From positions 1-28,308 of the forward strand of contig JBEKES010000009.1 of the NCBI GenBank assembly GCA_050013715.1: 28,308 nt of DNA. The letters are read 5' to 3'. Positions 17,395 through 25,053 of the stretch are shown here, one piece after another. The stretch's first letter is position 1; each line of letters starts with the position of its first letter. The notes beneath the pieces are model-generated. The model had not been told where the DNA came from. It ran no database searches and worked only from the letters and a program-made list of their open reading frames with translations. The stretch is from Candidatus Micrarchaeaceae archaeon (GTDB lineage: Archaea; Micrarchaeota; Micrarchaeia; Micrarchaeales; Micrarchaeaceae). Made by a program: the position numbers and the translations under genes.

Positions 17395-18702
17395 ATGAAT
17401 ATTCAAGATATCCTTTGGCTTAGCTTCAAGGATCTGAACGAGAAAAGAGTAAGAACAGCACTTACCATAGTAATGGTTGTAATAGGAGTAGCTGCAATAG
17501 TTGCGCTGACTTCAGTAACAGCTGGAATAAGCCAGAGCATAAGCTCCTCGCTCAATTCGCTGGGACCTACTTCCATAATAGTAAGCTCATCCAGCTCTAC
17601 TGGTTTCACAATAGCAGATGCTGCGACGCTCTCATCGCTTCCCAATGTAACCAGCGTAACGCCACTGCTCACGGGAACGGCAAGCCTGTATACTGGCAAT
17701 CAGAACGTGTCTGTTACCCTTATAGGTGTTAGCGCTGCCGGGCTCAAGCAACTACTGGGCGGCAATCTCACGCTTTATCAAGGCTCCATGTATCAAGACA
17801 CAATAACACCTGTGGCCGTCATAGGCCATAGCGTCGCATTTCCAACTAGTGCTGCAGGAAAGCAAACAGCAACAGTAGGCCAAGCTGCCACAATGAAGAT
17901 TTCAGGAAAGAACGGGGAAACTTTGACAGTTCCGATTGTTGGTATATTGCCTTCCCATGGGGGTTTCATAATACCGATTGATACTGCTGTATTTGTGCCA
18001 TTGTCTGCTGGAGAATTGCTTCTTCATAAATCCTCATTCAATGAAATGCTTGTCGTTGCATCAAATACTAGCAACGTAAATTCAACATCTGCATTAATAA
18101 CTTCAATATACGGAAGCAGCGCGCGAGTCATATCTGTTTCAGAGCTATTATCAACAACAGCATCGATAATAGGCTCGATCAGTTTATTGTTCGAGGTAAT
18201 CGCTGGTGTTTCGCTGCTTGTGGCAGCAATAGGCATAATGAACATAATGCTAATTGCAGTTTATGAAAGAACCCACGAAATAGGAATAATGAAATCTGTA
18301 GGATTCAAGAACAACAACATACTAATGATATTCCTGTGCCAGGCGCTTATAATCGGATTCATCGGAGGAATCATTGGAATAGGGCTGGGTGCCGGTGCAT
18401 CCTATGGCTTATCAGCAGTTTTAGGATCAGGAGGCAGTTCAACATCGGCAAGAGCAACTACATCAACTTCAGGTAGTTCCAGGGCAGGCGCAGGAGGAGG
18501 ATTTGGCGGTGGAAGCGGAGGAAGCAGTTCAAGTTTCGGAGGATCCAGCAGCTCATCTTCAATTTCATTCCATCCGGTATTTCCTATTAGCACAATAATA
18601 TACGCAATACTTGTTGCAATGATAGTTAGCGTATTGGCTGGCATATACCCTGCATGGAGAGCCTCGAAAATGGAACCCATAGATGCACTGCGGCAGCTAT
18701 AA
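17395..18702 (+). CDS. ABC permease, MacB/FtsX family
   Basis: RTALTIVMVVIGVAAIV, GIMNIMLIAVYERTHEIGIMKSVG, GIYPAWRASKMEPIDALR. Confidence 0.95.
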   Translation: MNIQDILWLSFKDLNEKRVRTALTIVMVVIGVAAIVALTSVTAGISQSISSSLNSLGPTSIIVSSSSSTGFTIADAATLSSLPNVTSVTPLLTGTASLYTGNQNVSVTLIGVSAAGLKQLLGGNLTLYQGSMYQDTITPVAVIGHSVAFPTSAAGKQTATVGQAATMKISGKNGETLTVPIVGILPSHGGFIIPIDTAVFVPLSAGELLLHKSSFNEMLVVASNTSNVNSTSALITSIYGSSARVISVSELLSTTASIIGSISLLFEVIAGVSLLVAAIGIMNIMLIAVYERTHEIGIMKSVGFKNNNILMIFLCQALIIGFIGGIIGIGLGAGASYGLSAVLGSGGSSTSARATTSTSGSSRAGAGGGFGGGSGGSSSSFGGSSSSSSISFHPVFPISTIIYAILVAMIVSVLAGIYPAWRASKMEPIDALRQL

Positions 18703-18783
18703 ATTCTTGCAGAACACGGATTGCAAATGTATAAATATTTATTAAAACAGTAAAGTACTGGGGGTGAAACTCCAGTTGATAAA

Positions 18784-19206
18784 ATGACAGATAATTCTAA
18801 GGATTTCATAAAAAGAGAGACAAAAATAGTATACAAGATGGCATCGCACCACAAGGCATTCCTTCTTTTGATGGTAGGGCTTCTTGTAATCGCATCAGCA
18901 ACAGCCTACAGCTACAACGTTAAATACAAGAGCTCTCAGCAAACGCTACATAACACTCAATTCACCGAATCGCAGTTGTCAAGCCAGTATGCAAGTTCTG
19001 TAAGCTCTCTGCAAGCCAACAATACAAACCTTAAGAACCAGTTGTACACATCAGAGAATTCAAGCCAGAATTTACAAGAGCAGGTAACTCAATTGCAAAG
19101 CCAGGTTGCAGGACTAGAAGCTCAGAATGCAGCATTAAGCCATCAAATGGCAACATTGGAAGGCCAACTTCAAAAGGATCAGGGCTCTAGCCTAAAAGGT
19201 TCTTAA
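18784..19206 (+). CDS. Membrane-anchored coiled-coil protein
   Basis: One TM segment followed by Q/S/L heptads. Confidence 0.7.
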   Translation: MTDNSKDFIKRETKIVYKMASHHKAFLLLMVGLLVIASATAYSYNVKYKSSQQTLHNTQFTESQLSSQYASSVSSLQANNTNLKNQLYTSENSSQNLQEQVTQLQSQVAGLEAQNAALSHQMATLEGQLQKDQGSSLKGS

Positions 19207-19209
19207 TTT

Positions 19210-19611
19210 TCAGCTAAGAAGATAGACCCTGTCCCCTTCGCTTACCTGCATCTTTAGCTTTATTCCTATATCATCACCAGATGTTGCGCTTGCAATGTCT
19301 TCCTTGTTCATCTGCATGCTGGTAACTGTCATTATGACAGATGAATCATCGCTTTCTATTTCTATCCTGTCGCCTATTCTGAGATCTCCCTCAAGTCTTA
19401 TCGCAGCAACGTTTATTTTATTGAAGAATTTTTCTACCCTTCCTATAAAAGTTCTCCCGGTTTTGCTTTCATTGTGTTTTTCTTCTTGTTCCTTATCAGA
19501 TTCATCATTATCATGCTGCAAAGATTCCACTTCTTTATCTGAAGGTTTTGTTTTAATGCCTTTTGTACTCTCTTCTTCATCGTCCCTCATTACGTCATCA
19601 ATATCATCCAT
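19210..19611 (-). CDS. Translation-factor domain II-like beta-barrel protein with acidic N-terminus
   Basis: IGRVEKFFNKINVAAIRL...LRIGDRI...SMQ...GDDIGIK...VSEGDRVY. Confidence 0.75.
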   Translation of the reverse strand: MDDIDDVMRDDEEESTKGIKTKPSDKEVESLQHDNDESDKEQEEKHNESKTGRTFIGRVEKFFNKINVAAIRLEGDLRIGDRIEIESDDSSVIMTVTSMQMNKEDIASATSGDDIGIKLKMQVSEGDRVYLLS

Positions 19612-19615
19612 GCAA

Positions 19616-20014
19616 TCACTTCTTGTTTGTTTTCCTTATAATTACATAAGTAACCGAATATATGGCTTTATTCTTTTTTAGTGTATTGAATATATCACGG
19701 ACCTTTTTCGCATCTGTATTCAAATTAAGAACGTCAATGCAAGTTCCTGAATTGTGCTGATGTAATTCTGTTTTTATCGAATCTTCGAATTTATGCAGTA
19801 TATCTGAAACATTGTTTTTCTCATGCTCAGCATAGGTTAATACAAATACAATCTCGGTATTGCCTTTTAGCGATTCGAGCGCATCATAATCCTTGATCAT
19901 GCTGAATATCGCACTTCTGAGCATTTTTGACCTGCTCTTGAATCCAAGGGATTTTTGAACTGCCTTCAATTGTTTTAATGCCTCATCATCTATCGATATG
20001 CTAAGTATCTCCAA
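19616..20014 (-). CDS. NikR-like CopG/RHH metal-responsive regulator
   Basis: ILSISID ribbon, GFKSRSKMLR, LH...LHQH-x4-C metal site; TTG start after AGGTG+5 nt. Confidence 0.85.
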   Translation of the reverse strand: MEILSISIDDEALKQLKAVQKSLGFKSRSKMLRSAIFSMIKDYDALESLKGNTEIVFVLTYAEHEKNNVSDILHKFEDSIKTELHQHNSGTCIDVLNLNTDAKKVRDIFNTLKKNKAIYSVTYVIIRKTNKK

Positions 20015-20066
20015 CTAATCACCTGTCTTATAATTTCAACCTAAACTCTTATGGGATTATATATAT

Positions 20067-20119
20067 TAAAGTTAATAACTTTATCCACTACCTTTATTAA
20101 TCTGTAAGTTAATAACTTA
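20067..20119. promoter_or_regulatory. Two palindromic operators AAGTTA-A-TAACTT in the divergent promoter
   Basis: TAAAGTTA-A-TAACTTTA (20067-20083) and TAAGTTA-A-TAACTTA (20105-20119). Confidence 0.75.
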
Positions 20120-20149
20120 TTCATAAATACTTATTAATATTGTGGTATA

Positions 20150-21163
20150 ATGGAAGCACAAAAAAAGAAAAGCAATAACACAGTGATATTTGCAGCTGTG
20201 GCTGTAATGGTGATAGTTTTAATCGGGGTTGCTGTATTTGCATTGAATGGCAAAGGAATGCCTCCAGGTTTACAAAATAGTACACAATCAACAATTTTAC
20301 AAACCAATGTAACTAATCAATCTATGTACAATTCAACTCCTGGCAATCAAATACAAATAGTTGCAGCTGAAAACTTTTGGGGGAGCCTGGTGTCACAAAT
20401 CGGAGGAAAATATGTCAATGTAACAAGCATAGTTACCGATCCCAATGCAGATCCTCATGAATATGAAAGCAGCTCTGCAGATGCACGGGAAATTGCAAAT
20501 GCAAGAATTGTTATTGTTAATGGTGTTGGATATGATGACTGGGCATTGAAGCTCATTTCAGCAAGCAACAACCCAAACCAAACGGTATTGAATGTTGGCG
20601 AATTGCTCGGACGAGCCAATGGCACCAATCCGCACCTTTGGTATAACCCAACATATGTAAACACTACCGTAAAGCAGATGTACTTGGATCTTGTTGCAGC
20701 TGATCCTGCGCATGCAAATTATTACAAGCAAAACTATGAGAATGTAACAAATTCCTTAACACAAGTAGATGGCAGAATGACAGAAATCAGAACGCAGTTT
20801 GCCGGTACAAAAGTGGCATCCACAGAAAGCATATTTGTGTACCTTGCAAATGCCACGGGTCTTGATTTGGTGTCACCTCCTGCATTCATGAACGCAGTTG
20901 CAGAGGGCGTGGATCCTCCTGCTCAGAGCGTTGCACAGTTCCAGAACCAGCTTGAAAACGGAAATGTGAGCGTATTAGTCTACAACGAGCAAACCGTAAC
21001 TCCATTGACTCAACAAATGAAGCAGATAGCAACCCAACACAACGTAACAATAGTTGGAGTTACAGAGACAATACAGCCTCCTGATGTTCCGTTCCAGGTC
21101 TGGATGAACTCAGAATTGATAAACCTGCAGAATGCGCTAAATGCAAACACATTAGGACAATGA
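20150..21163 (+). CDS. Zn/Mn ABC transporter substrate-binding protein (ZnuA-like)
   Basis: VAAENFWG, DPHEYE, NGVGYD, NPHLWY motifs; N-terminal anchor. Confidence 0.9.
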   Translation: MEAQKKKSNNTVIFAAVAVMVIVLIGVAVFALNGKGMPPGLQNSTQSTILQTNVTNQSMYNSTPGNQIQIVAAENFWGSLVSQIGGKYVNVTSIVTDPNADPHEYESSSADAREIANARIVIVNGVGYDDWALKLISASNNPNQTVLNVGELLGRANGTNPHLWYNPTYVNTTVKQMYLDLVAADPAHANYYKQNYENVTNSLTQVDGRMTEIRTQFAGTKVASTESIFVYLANATGLDLVSPPAFMNAVAEGVDPPAQSVAQFQNQLENGNVSVLVYNEQTVTPLTQQMKQIATQHNVTIVGVTETIQPPDVPFQVWMNSELINLQNALNANTLGQ

Positions 21164-21186
21164 TATAAATTATTATAATGATATGA

Positions 21187-21978
21187 ATGGTTATGCGAGA
21201 AGATATAGTTGAAGTAAAAAACCTGACAATTGGATACAAAGATAAAATTGTCTGGAAAGATGCAAGCTTCAGCGTTAAGCGCGGCGAGTTCGTTGCTGTC
21301 ATTGGGCCGAATGGAGCAGGAAAAACAACGATGTTCCGTTTGCTTCTTGGTCTGCAGCAACAGATTAAAGGCACCATAAAAGTATTTGATGACAGGCCAA
21401 GGCGTGGAAATTCAAAGATAGGATACATACCTCAACGCCATACAATCGACAACGACACTAATATAGAATGCATCGAACTGGTTCGTCTTGCATATTCTGG
21501 AAATAAATGGGGTTTCAGTTTGTCTTCTCAAGAAGAGAAAAAGCTAGCTTATGATACCCTTGCTGCTGTTGGCGCAACAGAACTGGCAAACAAATCATTG
21601 GGCTCATTATCTGGAGGCGAACTGCAAAGGATATTCCTTGCTGAAGCATTGGTAAGCAATCCAGAAATGCTGCTTCTTGATGAGCCACTTTCTAATCTTG
21701 ATATTAAGCGAATTAAAGATTTAGTGTCTCTTATGAACACTGTTGTGAAATCCCGTAATGTCACAGCATTTCTTGTTGCCCATGACATCAATCCTCTTAT
21801 ACAATTCCTCGATAAAGTGATATACATTGCGAATGGCAAAGTCGCAACTGGAACTCCAGAAGAGGTGCTTACATCAAAGCGCTTGACTGCACTTTACGGA
21901 ACACGTGTAGAAGTTCTCCATGACTCTAAAGGCAACATTGTGGTTGTGGGTGCAGAGGATTATCACGGTGATCAATAA
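21187..21978 (+). CDS. Zn/Mn ABC transporter ATP-binding protein (ZnuC-like)
   Basis: GPNGAGKT, IGYIPQ, LSGGELQR, LLDEP, AHD. Confidence 0.92.
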   Translation: MVMREDIVEVKNLTIGYKDKIVWKDASFSVKRGEFVAVIGPNGAGKTTMFRLLLGLQQQIKGTIKVFDDRPRRGNSKIGYIPQRHTIDNDTNIECIELVRLAYSGNKWGFSLSSQEEKKLAYDTLAAVGATELANKSLGSLSGGELQRIFLAEALVSNPEMLLLDEPLSNLDIKRIKDLVSLMNTVVKSRNVTAFLVAHDINPLIQFLDKVIYIANGKVATGTPEEVLTSKRLTALYGTRVEVLHDSKGNIVVVGAEDYHGDQ

Positions 21979-22808
21979 TGTTTGTGCCATTCAGTTTTAA
22001 CCTGCTTTCAGACCTTAAGAATATTTTCCAATATCAATTCATGCAGCATGCGTTTGAGGCCGGAACCATTATTGCAATAGTTGCAGGAATAATAGGCTAT
22101 CTTGTTGTTTTAAGGCGCTCCTCTTTTGCAGCGCATGCACTTTCAGAAATAGGTTTTGCAGGGGCTGCTGGTACTGTTTTGCTTGGGATAAATCCTGTCC
22201 TGGGTCTTTTGGGCTTTACCACTGTTGGAGGTGCCGGTATTGCCGTACTGGGAAAACGTGCAACAAATAGGGACATAGAAATCGGTACAGTATTGGCATT
22301 TGCTTTGGGCCTTGGCGTATTATTCATTAGCTTGTATACTGGCTATGCGACCGAAGCCTATTCCATATTGTTCGGAGAAATACTCGGCATCAGCTCAAGT
22401 AGCGTCATTATCACAATTGTAGTTAGTTTGATAATACTTGCAGTAGCTGCACTTGTCTATAGGCCATTATTGTTTGCCTCTCTTGATGAGGAAGTCGCAG
22501 AGGCAAAAGGATTGAATATAAGTTTGCTGGGCATTGTCTTCATGGTTCTGCTTGCAGCTGCTGTATCTATTGCAATTCAAGTTGTTGGAGTATTATTAAT
22601 TTTTGCGCTTATGGTAACTCCAGCTGCAACTGCACTTAGATTATCAAAGAAACCTGTTTATGCAATACTTATATCGGTTCTTATTGCTCTGCTTGCAACA
22701 TGGATCGGACTTTTCATTTCGTTCTATGTATCATATCCTGTAAGCTTCTTTGTGGTAAGCATAGTGTTTATCTCCTACATGTTCGTAAGATTCATATATC
22801 CTAGATAA
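21978..22808 (+). CDS. Zn/Mn ABC transporter permease (ZnuB-like, ABC-3)
   Basis: VLRRSSFAAHALS, LFGEILG, VVGVLLIFALMVTPAATA. Confidence 0.92.
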   Translation: MFVPFSFNLLSDLKNIFQYQFMQHAFEAGTIIAIVAGIIGYLVVLRRSSFAAHALSEIGFAGAAGTVLLGINPVLGLLGFTTVGGAGIAVLGKRATNRDIEIGTVLAFALGLGVLFISLYTGYATEAYSILFGEILGISSSSVIITIVVSLIILAVAALVYRPLLFASLDEEVAEAKGLNISLLGIVFMVLLAAAVSIAIQVVGVLLIFALMVTPAATALRLSKKPVYAILISVLIALLATWIGLFISFYVSYPVSFFVVSIVFISYMFVRFIYPR

Positions 22809-22864
22809 ATAAACCTCAGGAGAGATGCATAGGAGTTTACTATCCATTCTGTAACACACGAGAA

Positions 22865-23344
22865 TCATTTTCCTTTGTAAGCTCTTTTTAATACTCCAAT
22901 ATCTAATTTCTTCATCTCGAGCATTGCTTTCATTGCACGAGCTCTTCCTTTTGCATCAGGCCCTCCTAGATATTTGTCTATTTCAATAGGTACTACCTGC
23001 CAAGTGACTCCAAATTTGTCTGCGAGCCAGCCGCATGCATAAACCTTTCCCTCCTTAATAAGAGAGTTCCAGTAATAATCTACCTCTCTCTGATTTTTGC
23101 AATTTATTACGAAAGAAGTTGAAGGATAGAATTTATCAAAACCTGGATTATTTCCACCATTTATAAAATTGAAAACAAGTCCATTGAGCTTCAATACGAT
23201 AATAAATGCATTAGGCCCGCTTGGAGTATTTTCCAATTTTTGTTTTGCTATTATTTTGGAATCCTTTCCAAAAATAGATACATAGAACTTTGCTGCTTTG
23301 TCAGCATCTTTTACAAACCATAAGAATGGGGTAATTTTTTGCAT
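22865..23344 (-). CDS. VOC/PhnB-family (3-demethylubiquinone-9 3-methyltransferase-like) protein
   Basis: MQKITPFLWF, QREVDYYW, CGWLADKFGVTWQVVP, AMLEMKKLDI. Confidence 0.92.
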   Translation of the reverse strand: MQKITPFLWFVKDADKAAKFYVSIFGKDSKIIAKQKLENTPSGPNAFIIVLKLNGLVFNFINGGNNPGFDKFYPSTSFVINCKNQREVDYYWNSLIKEGKVYACGWLADKFGVTWQVVPIEIDKYLGGPDAKGRARAMKAMLEMKKLDIGVLKRAYKGK

Positions 23345-23406
23345 CGGATCACCTATTTTTATAGAGATTTAATAGTTTTATGCATTTCCCTTTTATTAGT
23401 TATAAT

Positions 23407-23492
23407 AAAAAATAGCCCCAGGAGTTATGTCATCGTTGAGAAGGTTGCCCAAACACTATTGAACGAGAGTGTTTAGTGGCGTTTGATGATGT
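23407..23492. repeat. Cassette-boundary element F (core AGCCCCAGGAG at 23414-23424 + hairpin); likely distal array end
   Basis: 38 nt identical to 24895-24932; on the minus strand the core reads CTCCTGGGGCTA followed by TTTTTT. Confidence 0.85.
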
Positions 23493-23525
23493 TTGCATGT
23501 AGATTACATATTACGAAAGAATTAT

Positions 23526-23759
23526 ATGAGTTTTATGTGTAATTATAAATCGATACTAATGCGTAACCAAAAAGATGAATTTGAGGAATTGTTGGATAAA
23601 TAATTCCAAGAGTTAGAAAATCTATTGGAAAAGCACTATACATATGTTAAAGATTATCGAAGCAAGTTTGATGCTGATTCGATAAGGTTAATAACGGAGC
23701 GACTCAAGATAATGAAAAATAAATTGCTGAACTTCCATAAGAGGCAAAGGGTTTTATAA
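23526..23759 (+). pseudogene. Interrupted hypothetical ORF
   Basis: MSFMCNYKSILMRNQKDEFEELLDK*FQELENLLEKH...KRQRVL*; single in-frame TAA at 23601-23603 inside a protein-like helical frame. Confidence 0.45.
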
Positions 23760-23790
23760 TTTACCAGATATAAAGGAGAAAAGTGTAAAT

Positions 23791-23976
23791 ATGCCGAAGC
23801 AACCAATTAAAATAACTAAGATAAAATTTGGGAAAATGTCTCCAGAAGAAGTTGAAACCATATTAAAGACTAAATACAATGTTCCACAAGTCGATATAAA
23901 TTATCTTGATGAAGAATTTAAATTAAAATTGCTCAAAGATTTGTTAAGTACACCAATGCTAAACGAAAAAGCATAA
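23791..23976 (+). CDS. Small hypothetical protein
   Basis: 61-aa ORF with plausible composition; AAGTG 5 nt before ATG. Confidence 0.55.
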   Translation: MPKQPIKITKIKFGKMSPEEVETILKTKYNVPQVDINYLDEEFKLKLLKDLLSTPMLNEKA

Positions 23977-24020
23977 TTACTATTTCTATAAATATAAATT
24001 AAAGCGTGAGAACTAATAAT

Positions 24021-24104
24021 AATTGACGTATTGCAGTCGAAAATAGCCCCAGGAGGTCTTGAGCCCGACAGGACTTAAAGCCCCTTAACTGCTCGCGGAG
24101 TTAA
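24021..24104. repeat. Cassette-boundary element E (arm + core AGCCCCAGGAG at 24045-24055 + two hairpins)
   Basis: AAAATAGCCCCAGGAG (16 nt) shared with F; hairpins AGGTCTTG/CAGGACTT and TTAACT/AGTTAA. Confidence 0.75.
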
Positions 24105-24184
24105 TCAAATAGTACTTATATATTATTGAACTACAAATAGCATATTGAAAGTCCTAAAAATACGATTAATAAAAGAGAGATTAA

Positions 24185-24853
24185 ATGCAGACCACTAAAC
24201 CAGAAAGAACACAGATAGATAAGTTAATCTCATATGATATTAATAAAGGTAAAATAGTCGTTGATGGCAAATCTTATATAGCGCATTCAAGGTATTTACA
24301 CGAGATTAATGAAGGGGACATATTACCCAGACATGCGCTTTCTTTTTTTAATAAGGATTTCCAATATGGCATTAAAGTTGAATTAGGTATAGTAACCAGG
24401 CGTTTTATAAAAGATTTTCAAAAGGAAGCCGAAGGACTTACTGGAAGAGAACGACTTGCTAGTGCAGTAAAATTTGTAAAAGATCATGTAAGTTCTCCAA
24501 AAACAAATCCACCTGTTTTTGAAACCTTTGGCAAATACCATGATATTAAAAGTCTGGACTATGTGCTTTTAGAAGGAGATAATTGTATGGGTAAGTCAAT
24601 GGCACTTGTAGAACTTTTCAGACACGACGATTTATTGACTAAAGAATTTGGCAAAGTTTATTGGGTTGCTGGATATATGCGGCCTCGCGAAGCAAAGGGA
24701 ATTGAGCCTCATGCATGGGCAATGCTAAAACTTAATGAATGGTATATTCTTGAGCCTTCATCAGGGCAGCTGGGACCTTATAGAAGTGTAAGCCATGACT
24801 CGGATCCAGCTTACTACAGCTTAGAACCAACCATAGCTCTTTCTAAAAAGTAA
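24185..24853 (+). CDS. Transglutaminase-like cysteine protease-fold protein
   Basis: GDNCMGKSMAL (Cys), PHAWA (His), WYILEPS (acidic residue) in transglutaminase-core order. Confidence 0.7.
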   Translation: MQTTKPERTQIDKLISYDINKGKIVVDGKSYIAHSRYLHEINEGDILPRHALSFFNKDFQYGIKVELGIVTRRFIKDFQKEAEGLTGRERLASAVKFVKDHVSSPKTNPPVFETFGKYHDIKSLDYVLLEGDNCMGKSMALVELFRHDDLLTKEFGKVYWVAGYMRPREAKGIEPHAWAMLKLNEWYILEPSSGQLGPYRSVSHDSDPAYYSLEPTIALSKK

Positions 24854-24865
24854 GGGGCATTGGAA

Positions 24866-24976
24866 CCCAATTCTACGACGTTACACGTCGAAGCAGCCCC
24901 AGGAGTTATGTCATCGTTGAGAAGGTTGCCCAGACATCATTGAATGAGGATATTTGCTGATGTTTAGTGGCATTTG
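24866..24976. repeat. Cassette-boundary element D (arm + core AGCCCCAGGAG at 24895-24905 + hairpin)
   Basis: 38 nt identical to F, then a covarying stem; the arm contains the palindrome CGACGT-TAC-ACGTCG. Confidence 0.85.
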
Positions 24977-25053
24977 CAGTGCTTGGGAGTGGCAAACTGA
25001 TTGAGTAACTAATCCGAAGATAACCTTATATAACTTGCCAGTCCTGACTTACC

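Noticed and set aside
18424..18560. Gly/Ser-rich low-complexity tract in the ABC permease
   Set aside because: In-frame flexible loop between TM helices, common in this permease family; no DNA repeat unit.
6200..22327. Numerous antisense or alternative-frame ORFs inside core genes
   Set aside because: All nest in or overlap well-supported genes and lack SD motifs or recognisable domains.
2306..23603. Stop-codon reassignment suggested by in-frame TAG (2306) and TAA (23601)
   Set aside because: TAA, TAG and TGA all terminate intact conserved genes in this window; both cases lie in decayed cassette DNA.
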